Assembly (NCBI RefSeq): GCF_963921235.1
Contig: NC_086097.1
Coordinates: 236,408,001 to 236,472,000 of the forward strand
DNA from: Mobula hypostoma
Taxonomy: Eukaryota
Direction of reading: 5' to 3'
Length of the DNA stretch: 64,000 nt
In this document: positions 1-12,632 of the stretch, piece after piece
Layout: each line of letters begins with the position of its first letter
Position numbering within the stretch: the first letter of the stretch is position 1
Translations under genes and position numbers: made by a program
Notes under the pieces: generated by a model
What the model saw: the letters and a program-made list of their open reading frames with translations, nothing else
The model's database searches: none
What the model was told of the DNA's origin: nothing

Positions 1-469
1 GAAGTAAGATATACATAAACATTTGTTTCCTGCTCTGAATCAATTTATCTTTGACATGGCAACACTGCAGAGTTGCAGTTTATTCTTCATCAGTCAGGAT
101 GAGTTTCTACAGATGGTAGAGGAATTCAAGCCATAAGTGTGTACGCTGTTTGTTTGCTGTTGAAGAGGAAATAACATTATTGGCAAGAAACCCTATTCTC
201 ACATTGCAACTTCTAATATGTGATTGAAACAGCACCAAATGTGACTTGGCAAATACTATATCACTAAAAACAAGTCTTTGTCCAGAAGTGATGAAGTAAA
301 TGTTAATAATTTATGGAACGTAACTTTCCTCTTTCTGATTCATTGATAATATTGCTTTTCATATCATAGCCATTATGCATCTGATCTCTTGGTGTCACAA
401 GGAAGGCTTGACGGTATCAAACAGAACCATATCTCCATATCTCAATCTTTAACAAAAGGACTTGGCAAA

Positions 470-1140
470 TTTTTAGGTAACTTGGTAACGTTCCATCTTC
501 CTCGGAACACACTGGTGCAATTCTACACCGTCACCATAGAGAGCATCCGCACATCAGCCACTACTGTCTGGTTTGGTGCAGCATCTTCTCACAATATATG
601 AAAACTACAGCAAATGTCAGGTCAGCAGTGGTCATTGGCTACAGTCTACCATCACTGCAGAACTTGTAGGGGTTCAGGACAATGAAGCAGGCAGGAAAAA
701 ATCATTGTGGACACAAGCCACCCAGCAAACTGCCTTTTCCGGTATCTTCCTTCTGGAAAGTGCACTTATTAAAACAAAAACTGCACAACGCCTTACTGTG
801 GTAAACCATATATATGTTGTAACTGGGTTACCTGTCTAGGCACGCCCCTCTGCTGACTGCCCCTGTGGCTCCTCCCACAGACCCCTGAATAAAGGTGATT
901 TCGCCTTGCCCCTCCCCCTCAGTCAAGGGGCAGATACTCAGCATGGAGGTTGTATTGTACAGCGAATAAAAGTCTTTCAGTATTTACCCAACTTCAGCCT
1001 TCTGGAGTCATTGAAGGTGCTTCACTTACCCTAGGTAGTTAATTTAATCAACCATTCTAGTTACCAGCTGCACCCCCTCTGTCTATTTCCTCAGTCACTG
1101 CACTGTACTGTAAACACTTCAAACCACTTTTTAGAAACCT
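470..1140 (+). mobile_element. Old 3' fragment of a Rex/Babar-like LINE, interrupted by a solo LTR
   Basis: ORF 389..601 contains 'TLVQFYTVTIESIRTSATTVWFG', similar to the RT C-terminal 'ILTTFYRGCTESILSGCITAWF' of the other Rex-like copies in this window. Confidence 0.55.
797..1024 (+). mobile_element. Solo LTR (228 bp) of the same Gypsy family as 52464-55965
   Basis: TG...CA ends; 5-bp TSD CTTAC at 792-796 and 1025-1029; aligns end to end with the 5' LTR at 52464-52692. Confidence 0.93.
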
Positions 1141-1756
1141 GTGGCTTGAGGCCTCATCCTCACTACTGCCCATGCCATAGAGCTCCCCTGCTGTCTGTCA
1201 CGCCAATAAGCAAGGGAAATGGGCCCTGTGGCATCTTATGTTATCAGTATCCAACAGATCCTTATGATTACAGGAGAAATGTCCAAGACAATCACCCACC
1301 ATTACACAGCACGCCACATCACACATCAACTCCAATGCCTTTGATGCCTTATTGTAGCATCCAGCAACAAGTCCCTCTCCTCCAGCTCCTCCGCCAATGA
1401 GCAGCTCGCTGATGGGGTAGACCTGCAGAACCCAAAGTTCTTAAAGTCCAGTTTTGTCCTGCAATCATAAAAAAAAGATGTTTAAAAAAAAGTCTGGTAT
1501 TGTTTTTGTGTATATCTTTGCGTATAATTGTTGAATGTTGTTATTTTGTTGCATGTCGCAACAAAAAACCACAGCATATTTCTAATATATGTAAACCTAC
1601 TGCATAGGGTGAATAAGGTTGATCTTTAATCCTCGGTCAGAAACATTTACCAGAATTCAACTTCAAAATTCAATTGAGATATTACCGTTTTCTGCCGATC
1701 TTCAGTTATGTTGGAGGAGCAATGCACATCTAAGGATGTTCTAACTGAGTACTTAA

Positions 1757-2600
1757 CCATAGAACCACAGAACACTACAGCACAGAAAACAGGCCATTCG
1801 GCCCTTCTAGTCTGTGCCAAAACATTATTCCGCTAGTCCCATTGACCTGCATCCAGTCCATAATCCTCCAGACCTCTCCCATCCATGTACCTATCCAATT
1901 TGTTCTTAAAACTTAAGAGTGAGCCTGCATTTACCACATCAAATAGCAGCTCGTTCCACACTCCCACTACTCTCTGAGTGAAGAAGTTCTGCCTAATGTT
2001 CCCCCTAAACCTTTCCCCTTTCACCCTAAAGCCATGTCCTCTCATATTTATCTCTCCTAATCTAAGTGGAAAGAGCCTATTGGGTCAGGGGGTATGGAGG
2101 GAAGGCTGGGTTCTGAGTTGGATGATCAGCCATGATCATAATAAATGGCGGTGCAGGCTCGAAGGGCCGAATGGCCTACTCCTGCACCTATTTTCTATGT
2201 TTCTATGTTTCTATATCCCTCATAATTTTGTAAACCTCTATCAAATCTCCCCTCATTCTTCTACGCTCCAAGGAATAAAGTCCTAACCTGTTCAATCTTT
2301 CCCTGTAACTCAACTCCTGAAGACCCGGCAACATCCTAGTAAATCTTCTCTGCACTCTTTCAACCTTACTGATATCCTTCCTATAGTTAGGTGACCAGAA
2401 CTGTACACAATACTCCAAATTTGGTCTCAACAATGTCTTATACAACCTCCCCATAACATCCCAACTTCTATATTCAATACTTTGATTCATGAATGCCAGG
2501 ATGCCAAAAGCCTTCTTTACAACCCTGTCTACCTGTGACGCCACTTTCAGGGAATTATGTATCTGAACTCCCAGATCTCTTTGTTCCTCTGCACTCCTCA
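1757..2600 (-). mobile_element. CR1 LINE, 5'-truncated 3' fragment
   Basis: ORFs 2203..2601 and 1833..2045 encode CR1 ORF2 C-terminal motifs ([38 protein letters not shown]). Confidence 0.92.
2082..2214 (+). mobile_element. Very short CR1 insertion (3' end only), antisense inside the previous CR1
   Basis: Exact reverse complement of 10674-10806, including the (TTCTATGT)n tail. Confidence 0.9.
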
Positions 2601-3459
2601 AAGAAAGGTGTCAGATACCATGCAGATCTATTCCACTGGCCTTAAGCAACACTTCAAAAGGTGTTTATTTTGTGAAGCCACCTGAATTTTTACAACTGCC
2701 TCCTGCATTTTCAATTCGAGGAAAATAATTCAGACCCATGTGGTATTTTTCCCACATTCTTCGAATGATCAAAAGTCCTTCACAATCAATGAAGTGCTTC
2801 TGATGTGGAGAAGGGAAATATTGCAGTTTAGCCTACACATAAACAACACCTCACATAAAAGCATGAGATAAAATGAATGAATATTTTGTTGTCCTGCTAA
2901 AGGCTGACAGAAGAAGGTTGGCAGACATTCATTTCCAAACAATATCACCAATCCCTTATGTCCATGAGAGGCCAAGCGACAATTTTGTTTAATTTCTTAC
3001 CTCACAGAAAACAGGGTTAAATTGAACATCATCCTGAAAAGAGGGTGCGGAGGTCACAATGCTGGATTAACCACATTCTGTGCACTGACTGTAACGTAGG
3101 CACCATGCCAAACTTGCTGCATGCTCACCATAAAAATCTCTCAGAGTGTCTGTTTCATTGGGTGCATGTAGCAACCGAAAGCCAACTGTTGTCACTTAAA
3201 GAAAGCTGAGAACTCAGTGATTCAAAGTTCAAAAGTTCAAGTTTCAAAATAAATGTATTATCAAAGTCCATGCATATTTCACCATATACAGTCCTAAAAT
3301 TCATTTTCTTGTGTGTGTTTACAGGAATTACAAAGAAATGCAATAGATTCATTGAAAAACTGCACACAAAGACTGACAACCAATGTGCAAAATATAACTT
3401 GTGCAAATACAATAAAGGTAAATACAATAACAGTAATGATAATAATAATAATCTATAAT

Positions 3460-5072
3460 AACGAGCTTGAAAATTTACAAAGAAAAATAAGAAATGAAAT
3501 GACAAATTTTAGAAAACACTATGTACACTCAAAAGTACTTAGATTAACACTACAAAGGACAGAAAGAGGAAAAGGAGTAACAAACATAAAAAAAATTACA
3601 CACAGTCAGATAAAACTTCTAAGCATATATTTCATCAACAAAAAAAAGATTCCGTACTCCATGCAAGCATATGCATTTCACGCCAAACTTAAATGAAAGC
3701 ACAACACAGGAAAATGAAGGTATTATCACTACAGAAGAAAAGTTAAAGATTAAACCAATGAAAGAATATGGAATATATATGAAATATATCCCCACAATCT
3801 GAGCAAACTGTATGTTAACAAGGAAGTATTGAACACCTGGCTCAGATTTGGAGACCTCTTCCCAGAAACAGAGGTGGTCCTTATTATAATACAGGACCAG
3901 CTCGTTAACACAAAAAGGTCAAAAATACATGATAAAGATCAACAAACTCAAGACAATTAATGCAGATAATCCCAAAAGAAACCAGAAGCAATTCAACCCA
4001 TTACATTACTCTTTGTGATGTTTATAAATGACCTGGAAGAGGAAGTGAAGGGATGGGTTAGTAAATTTGCTGATGACACAAAGGTTGGGAATGTTGTGGA
4101 TAGTATGGAGGGCTGTCAGAGGTTACAGTGGGACATTGATAGGATGCAAAACTGGGCTGAGAAGTGGCGGATGGAGTTCAACCCAGCTAAGTGTGAGGTG
4201 GTTCATTTTGGTAGGTCAAATATGATGGCAGAATATAGTATTAATGGTAAGATTCTTGGCAGTGTGGAGGATCAGAGGGATCTTGGAGTCCGAGTCCATA
4301 GGACACTCAAAGATGCTGCGCATGTTGTGGGGTTAAGAAGGCCTATGGTGCATTGGCCTTTATCAATCATGGGATTGAGTATAAGAGCCTAGCTGTAATG
4401 TTACAGCCACATAGGACCCTAGTCAGACCCCACTTGGAGTACTGTGCTCAGTTCTGATCGCCTCACTACAGGAAGGATGTGGAAACCATAGAAAGGGTGC
4501 AGAGAGATTTATGAGGATGTTGCCTGGATTGGGGAGCATGACTTATGAGAATAGGTTGAGTGATCTCGGCCTTTTCTCCTTGGAGAGATGAAGGATGAGT
4601 GGTGACCTGATAGAGGTGTACAAGATGATGAGGAGCATTGATCGTGTGGATAGTCAGAGGCTTTTCCCCAGGGCTGAAATGGCTAGCACAAGAGGGCACA
4701 GTTTTAATGTGCTTGGAAGTAGGTACAGAGTAGATGTCAGGGGTAAGTTTTTTAGTGCATGGAATGGACTGCTAGCGACGGAAGTGGAGGCAGATACAAT
4801 AGGGTCTTTTAAGAGACTCCTGGATAGGTACATGGAGCTTAGAAAAATAGAGGGCTATGAGTAACCCTAGGTAATTTCTCAGGTAAGAACATGTTCGGCA
4901 CAGCTTTGTGGGCCGAACAGCCTGTATTGTGCTGTAGGTTTTCTATGTTTCTATGTTTCTATGATCCTGCAACAGTTTAACTCAAACTGATTACTTACAC
5001 AAGCAAAGTCAAGTAGCAAATGTCATTCACCAAAATATTGCTTTAAAATATAAACTCATAGAAGACACAATA
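3460..5072 (+). mobile_element. R4/Dong-like (RLE-type) LINE fragment, split by a CR1 at about 4006-4963
   Basis: Translates to 'ELENLQRKIRNEMTNFRKH...RLTLQRTERGKG' and 'WLRFGDLFPETE...IQDQ', and after the CR1 to 'SCNSLTQTDYLHKQSQVANVIHQNIALKYKL'; homologous to the element at 5411-9745; preceded by a TAA-rich tract at about 3425-3460. Confidence 0.8.
4006..4963 (+). mobile_element. CR1 LINE, 5'-truncated
   Basis: ORFs 4015..4392 (FINDLEE, SKFADDTK) and 4595..4864; ends in a (TTTCTATG)n tail. Confidence 0.93.
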
Positions 5073-5410
5073 CGTAACGTCTGATGAAGGTTGAAGGTTG
5101 ATGGTTGATGGTTAGGGGTTAAGGGGTGTGGGTAGTTGTGAGCAATTCTGTCAGTGAATCTGATCTGGGAAGGAGTTATCAACAGATGACCAGAGGAAGC
5201 TTGGTAACGAGATTTCTAGATACTTCCTTCTTTTAATAGGTCATAGGACGTGGTCATCACTGACACTACCAGCATAAATCGTTCATCTTCAGTTGTCCTT
5301 GACTCAGGAGACAGTTAAGAGTCAATAGTACTGTTGTGTCCGAAGGTAACACTTGCATCAGAGTGGGCAAGGTTCCGTATTTGTGAACCATTCAATGACT
5401 TAGATACACT

Positions 5411-8400
5411 TTATTATTATTTCAATTAATTCTTTCTCAGCTCAAGCTGGTAAAACCTGAGGTATGGGCAGAGCCAAGCACACTCATTTGTCAATGGCTA
5501 GGAACTTTCAGACTATTCTAGTGATGTTTAGTAGTCTGGCTTTCTGAAGAAATACAGAGCTATTGTTGTGTAGCTCTAATTGTTTAATGCTATTGTGTAG
5601 TGCCTTTAGGATGACACCAGTTGTAGATGTTACTCTTGGGACAATGGAAAACTTATTCATGTTCCAAGGTCTTTCAATTTCCTCTCTTAATTCAGTGTAT
5701 TTTTTATCACATTGATTTCTATAATGTTTGGAATGGTTATATCTATTAAATAAGTTGTTCTTGTTTGTTTATATGGTATTATTATAACTGGACAGTTATT
5801 ATGGATTGTCCTATCTGTAATAACCGATCAGTCATAATATAATTTGTAGTATTCTGACTCTAAAACCGATCAAGCTTATACTTATGGTAAGGTGTGATTT
5901 CATTTATGAGTTTGTAGTTAAAGCAAGATTTTAATGAATGATGTTTGCAACTTGATTGTACCTGTGTAAGTAATCAGATTGTGTTGAACTGCTACAGGAT
6001 CCTGTAATGTGTTGGATTGTTTCTGTTTTTTTTTTCCTCAGCCTTTTCTACATTTATCATCATGAACTTGTTGGTCTATTGTTATTTTTTTTTTGTGATG
6101 ACACGACCGTGGTGAGTGTCATCAGCAAGAACAATGAATCAGCATATAGACAGGAGGTGCAGCTGCTAACGGACTGGTGCAGAGCCAACAGCCTGTCTCT
6201 GAATGTGAACAAAACAAAAGAGATGGTTGTTGACTTCAGGAGGACGCGGAGTGACCACTCTCCGCTGAACATCGACGACTCCTCCACAGAGATTGTTAAG
6301 AGCACCAAATTTCTTGGTGTTCACCTGGCAGAGAATCTCACCTTGTCCCTCAACACCGGCTCCATAGCAAAGAAAGCCCAGAAGCATCTCTAATTTCTGC
6401 GAAGGTTGAGAAAAGTCCATCTCCCACCCCCCCCACCCCCGATACTCACCACGTTCTACAGAGGTTGTACTGAGAGCATCCTGAGCGGTTGCATCACCGC
6501 CTGGTTCAGAAATTGCACCATCTCAGATTGCAAGAACCTGCAGCGGATAGTGAGGTCAGCTGAGAAGATCATTGGGGTCTCTCCTCCCGCCATTACAGAC
6601 AGTTACACCACACACTGCATCTGTAAAGCAAACAGCATTATGAAGGACTCCACGCACCCCTCATACAAACTCTTCTCCCTCCTGCCAACTGGCAAAAGGC
6701 ACCAAAACATTCCGGCTCTTACAACCAGACTATGTAGCAGTTTCTTCCCCCACGCCATCAGACTCCTCAATACCTAGAGCCTGGACTGACACCAACCTAC
6801 TGCCCTCTACTGTGCTTATTGTCTTGTTTATTATTTATTGTAATGCCTGCACTGTTTTGTGCACTTTATGCAGTCCTGGGTAGGTCTGTTTCATGTAGCA
6901 CCATGGTCCTGAAGAACAATGTCTCATTTTTACTGTGTACTTTACCAGCAGTTATGGTTGAAAAGACAATAAAAAGTGACTTGGCTTGACCTGACTTGAC
7001 TTAACCACCTGATCCTGCATTGCCACAAGGAAACCTTGTTTCTGGGAAGAGCCAGGTGTTCAACACTTCCTTGACGACATCTAGTCTGCTCAAATTGTGG
7101 GGTTGTCTTCCATGAAGGGTCATGCTCTTCCATTGGTTAACTTATTCTTCAATAATCATAATGTCTTCTTTGTTCTGTGTTGCGCTCTCATTTAAGTTTA
7201 GTAGTGTATACTTCTTATCAGAATTGCATATGCTTGTGTCGAGTGTTGATGAAAGTATATCCTTAGAAGTTTTATCTTACTGTTGTGCAGAGTTTTTAAT
7301 GTCTTTTATTCCTTTTCCCTATTCTGTCCTAGGTAGTGTTAATTTAAGTACATTCACATATGCATAATGTTTTCTGAAAGTTGTTATTTCAGTTCTTATT
7401 TTTCTTTGTAAGTTTTCCAGATCAGTTGTGGACCAAAATATTTTGCCAGAAGAATACATTAATAACATAGATATAGCGAAAGTGTTCATTGTTTTTGTTA
7501 TATTTTTACTGTTGAGCTTTGTATAGCAGATTTTCTTAAGCCTTGAAATAAATTCATCATAAGTTTTTCCTTTATTGCGCTATGATCTATTTTCTTTCCT
7601 TCTAGATATCCCTGATACTTAATGTTTTATGTTTATCTATCAGTTGTAATGTATCCCGCTGCTCTGGTTTGTGTTCTATTAGCTCTATTACAGCTTTCTT
7701 TATGTTTAATAATGTTCTGCACTTGTCCAGTCCAAAGTTCTTGTTTATATCTTTTGAAAATAGTTCTACTATTTGAATTAATTGCTTTAGCTTAACTGAT
7801 GAAGGAGTGTATAATTTCAAATCATCCTATGTATAAGGGCTGTGTTCAGGCATAGTTCATTTCATTGTCTCTGATTTGATTCCCAATTTTCGTCCAATGC
7901 AGTAAATTAGAGAGCGCTTTTATAGTGAAACAGAACCATAGTGGACTGAGAGAGTCACCTTGGAAAATGCCTCAGTTTATTTTGATAACATTTGTTGGTC
8001 TTCTTTGGTTGTTAATAGATAGGGTGATTACAGTACATCATTGCTGTTGCAGGTATTTCACAAGTATTGGGCCTAGTTTATATATACTGTATTAAGAACT
8101 TCTATTAACAATGAGTGTGGGACGGAGTCAAATGCCTTTTGGTAGTCAATATAGCAATTTGAAAGATTTTTACTTTTCTGCCAGGCTTGATTTGGAATTA
8201 TGAAATCTATTATCAGTTGTTCTTTATATCCTTTCATATTCTGACAGCGTCCTTTCTGCTCTTCTGTAAGTATATTGTGGTTATCTAAGTCAGTGATGAC
8301 TAGCTGCGAGATACATGATGTTACAATTTTATATGTAGTTTGTAATCAAGTTATAGGATAATAGCTTGATGGATCTTCTGTGATTTGCCTTTAGGTAAAA

Positions 8401-9745
8401 GGTATGTTTTACATTCTGTCAAAAATTCAGGCACTTTTTCAGGATTTTTAAGAAACCCGTTGATATGCATTAATAGGTATGGATGAAGGCGAGTTAATTT
8501 ATTATACCAATAATTATGAATATTACCTCTTCCAGTACTTTTCTAGCTGTAGATTTTTTTACACCCTCTTTCAGCATATCCATTGTAACTTCAGGTATTT
8601 GCATTTTATCAATCGTGTGTGGGCGTTCTTTGTCCTCCTTAATCCAACTTGCTTCTTGATTGTGCGTCACCTTGTTTGACCAGATATCAGACCAGTTCAT
8701 TATCTCTGTGTTTGTTGGTAATTCTGTGCTAAGATTGGTGACACTTTGGTGCGTCAAATTTAGCTTCAATGACCTATATAAATCTTTTTCTTGGATGCTG
8801 ACCAGATAATTCGGTTTTCTTCATCGGTTGCATTTCATGTATCAACTTCATCTTGATTAGTATGCACCAAGCTTTTGTTTTAGTGTATCTATAGACTCTA
8901 CCATGCTTTTGTTCAGCTAATCACATCTTAGCTTTTCTTTTAACTTTCTTGCTTAAGTTATCATTTTTATACCCCAGTAAGCAGGCTATTTCTGCTCTTA
9001 AGTTTTCAATTTTGTTTTTTAATCTCTTCTGGCACTTTGGCGTTCTCATTTCATTACTCAATTTTGAGTTTCTATTAATGGGCGCCTCCATTTTGGAACC
9101 ATTTTACTGCACTGCTGTTAATACTGCACAGTATGTTATTGTGTGTAGTATTTCAACTGTTTCAAGTTTTCCTAAATGTAGTGGTAATATAATATTGTTG
9201 AGAGTAAACAATTTTTGAGAATTTTGATGATGCATTTTGTTTTGGTATGTCGGGTCTTTTTGCTGGGTCAATGCCCATATGTTTTGATAGTGTGGTGTTA
9301 AATATTAGGATAATTTTGTCTGTGAGCTCAGTTTCATCATCAGCATTTTGCAGAGGCTCTGGATCTGTGTTGTTGCTGTTACCATCCATTGTGAAGCATT
9401 TGGAATAATTGTATTTTCATCAATGCTTCGCTGAGTTGCATCTTCATTATTTTCTTGCTTAGAATTGCTGTGGTCTTTAGGTTGATTTCTTTCCCGTTCT
9501 TGAGCATTTTCATGTTTTATTTGATTTAGCATGTCTACAGGGATTCAGTTATTTTGTACTTTCACTCTATATTGAGCTGCTATTCATTGTGCATGTACTT
9601 GATGAAATTTGTCCCTGTATGCCATTATATCCATCTAAAGTTTGGTTACTCAATAACATACATATATTATAGATGTGTTTACTTCAAATGACCATTTCAT
9701 GTGTATCTTTCTTCTCTTAATTGCTTGAGAGGTTTCACTGGTAAG
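5411..9745 (-). mobile_element. Near full-length, decayed R4/Dong-clade non-LTR retrotransposon (RT, CCHC, restriction-like endonuclease), interrupted by a Rex-like LINE
   Basis: Minus-strand remnants: RT 'GIFQGDSLSPLWFC' (~7935-7972), 'DDLKLY...FGLDKCR' (7602-7830), 'ETIQHITGSC', and RLE-like 'YLIDITIP...KYTELREEIER.WNM'; 3' UTR ends in a TAA repeat at 5411-5421; TAA/TAG repeat at ~9745-9785. Confidence 0.85.
6096..7002 (+). mobile_element. Rex/Babar-like LINE, 5'-truncated
   Basis: ORFs 6007..6393 (DDTTVV, LNVNKTKEMVVDFRR, KFLGVH) and 6406..6777; 3' end has AATAAA plus (GACTT)n. Confidence 0.88.
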
Positions 9746-9818
9746 TATTATTATTGTCCTTATTATTATTACTATTACTACTACTCCTAATACGTAACTG
9801 TATCATTTACTTCCTGTC

Positions 9819-9995
9819 CCTAATAAAGTGATCACTGAATGCGTGTGCATAATCTTCTGCTGCTCTAGCTCATCCACTTAATGTTTGATGTGTTCAAAGA
9901 TGCTCTTCTGCACACCACCCTTGTAATGCTTGGTTATTTGTGTTACTATTGCGTTCCCGACAACTTGAACCACTCTTGCCCTTCTCCATTGACCT
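9819..9995. mobile_element. Tc1/mariner-derived non-autonomous element, left part
   Basis: Homologous to 31498-31676; starts with the TIR-like CCTAATAAAGTG. Confidence 0.7.
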
Positions 9996-10612
9996 AGAAA
10001 CATAGAAACATAGAAAATCTACAGCACAATACAGCCCCTTTTGACCCTCAAAGCTGTGCCAAACACGTCCCGACCTTAGAAATTACTAGGCTTACCCATA
10101 ACCCTCTATTTTTCTAAGCTCCATGTACCTATCCAAAAGTCTCTTAAAAGACCCCATCGTACCTGCCTCCACCACCGTTGTCGGCCGCCCATTCCTCTTA
10201 CCACTCTCTGTGTAAAAAACTTACCCCTGATATCTCCACTGTACCTACCCCGCAGCACCTTAAACCTGTATCCTCTTGTGGCAACCATTCCAGCCTTGGG
10301 AAAAAGCCTCTGACTATCTGCGCGATCATTGCCTCTCATCATCTCATACACCTCTATCAGGTCACCTCTCATTCTCCGTCACTGCAAGGAGAAAAGGCCA
10401 AGTTCACTCAACCTGTTTTCATAAGGCATGCTCCCCAATCCGCAACATCCTTGTAAATCTCCTCTGCACCCTTTCTATGGCTTCCACATCCTTCCTGTAG
10501 TGAAGAGACCAGAACTGAGCACAGTACTCCAAGTGGGATCTGACTAGGGTCCTATATAACTGCAACATTACCTCTTGGCTCCTAAATTCAGTTCCACTAT
10601 TCATGAAGGCCA
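9996..10612 (-). mobile_element. CR1 LINE 3' fragment
   Basis: ORFs 10106..10372 and 10419..10637; (CATAGAAA)n tail. Confidence 0.92.
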
Positions 10613-10673
10613 GGTTCATTTCCCAATACCAAATCAAGTACAGCTTCTCTTCTTGTAGGCTTATCTACATATT

Positions 10674-12632
10674 ATAGAAACATAGAAACATAGAAAATAG
10701 GTGCAGGAGTAGGCCATTCGGCCCTTCGAGCCTGCACCGCCATTTATTATGATCATGGCTGATCATCCAACTCAGAACCCAGCCTTCCCTCCATACCCCC
10801 TGACCCCTGTAGCCACAAGGGCCATATCTAACTTCCTTTTAAACATAGCTAATGAACTGGCCTCAACAGTTTGCTGTGGCAGAGAATTCCACAGATTCAC
10901 CACTCTCTGTGTGAAGAAGTTTTTCCTAATCTCGGTCCTAAAAGGCTTCCCCTCTATCCTCAAACTGTGACCCCTCGTTCTGGACCTCCCCAACATCGGG
11001 AACAATCTTCCCGCATCTAGCCTGTCCAATCCCTTTAGGATCTTATACGTTTCAATCAGATACCCCCTCAATCTTCTAAATTCCAACGAGTACAAGCCCA
11101 GTTCATCCAGTCTTTCTTCATATGAAAGACCTGCCATCCCAGGAATCAATCTGGTGAACCTTCTTTGTACTCCCTCTATGGCAAAGATGTCTTTCCTCAG
11201 ATTAGGGGACCAAAACTGCACACAATACTCCAGGTGTGGTCTCACCAAGGCCTTTTACAACTGCAGTAGTACCTCCCTGCTCCTGTACTCGAATCCTCTC
11301 GCTATAAATGCCAGCATACCGTTCGCCTTTTTCACCGCCTGCTGTACCTGCATGCCCACTTTCAATGACTGGTGTATAATGACACCCAGGTCTCGTTGCA
11401 CCTCCCCTTTTCCTAATCGGCCACCATTCAGATAATAATCTGTTTTCCTATTTTTGCCACCAAAGTGGATAACTTCACATTTATCCACATTAAATTGCAT
11501 CTGCCATGAGTTTGCCCACTCACCCAACCTATCCAAGTCACCCTGCATCCTCTTAGCATCCTCCTCACTGCTAACACTGCCACCCAGCTTCGTGTCATCC
11601 GCAAACTTGGAGATGCTGCATTTAATTCCCTCATCCAAGTCATTAATATATATTGTAAACAACTGGGGTCCCAGCACTGAGCCTTGCGGTACCCCACTAG
11701 TCACCGCCTGCCATTCTGAAAAGGTCCCGTTTATTCCCACTCTTTGCTTCCTGTCTGCTAACCAATTCTCCACCCACACCAATACCTTACCCCCAATATA
11801 CCGTGTGCTTTAAGTTTGCACACTAATCTCCTGTGTGGGACCTTGTCAAAAGCCTTTTGAAAATCCAAATATACCACATCCACTGGTTCTCCCCTATCCA
11901 CTCTACTAGTTACATCCTCAAAAAATTCTATGAGATTCGTCAGACATGATTTTCCTTTCACAAATCCATGCTGACTTTGTCCAATCATTTCACCGCTTTC
12001 CAAATGTGCTGTTATCACATCCTTGATAACTGACTCCAGCAGTTTCCCCACCACCGACGTTAGGCTAACCGGCCTATAATTCCCCGGATTCTCTCTCCCT
12101 CCTTTTTTAAAAAGTGGGGTTACATTAGCCACCCTCCAATCCTCAGGAACTAGTCCAGAATCTAACGAGTTTTGAAAAATTATCACTAATGCATCCACTA
12201 TTTCTTGGGCTACTTCCTTAAGCACTCTGGGATGCAGACCATCTGGCCCTGGGGATTTATCTGCCTTCAATCCCTTCAATTAACCTAACACCACTTCCCT
12301 ACTAACATGTATTTCGCTCAGTTCCTCCATCTCACTGGACCCTCTGTCCCTTACTATTTCTGGAAGATTATTTATGTCCTCCTTAGTGAAGACAGAACCA
12401 AAGTAATTATTCAATTGGTCTGCCATGTCCTTGCTCCCCATAATCAATTCACCTGTTTCTGTTTGCAGGGGACCTACATTTGTCTTTATCAGTCTTTTCC
12501 TTTTTACATATCTATAAAAGCTTTTACAGTCCGTTTTTATGTTCTCTGCCAGTTTTCTCTCATAATCTTTTTTCCCCTTCCTAATTAAGCCCTTTGTCCT
12601 CCTCTGCTGAACTCTGAATTTCTCCCAGTCCC
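10674..12632 (-). mobile_element. Young 5'-truncated CR1 LINE (RT domain nearly intact)
   Basis: ORFs 11758..12279 (YRPVSLTS, YLDFQKAFDKVPH), 11255..11782 (GVPQGSVLGP, FADDTK) and 10772..11248; few disablements; complete 3' UTR and tail. Confidence 0.95.
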
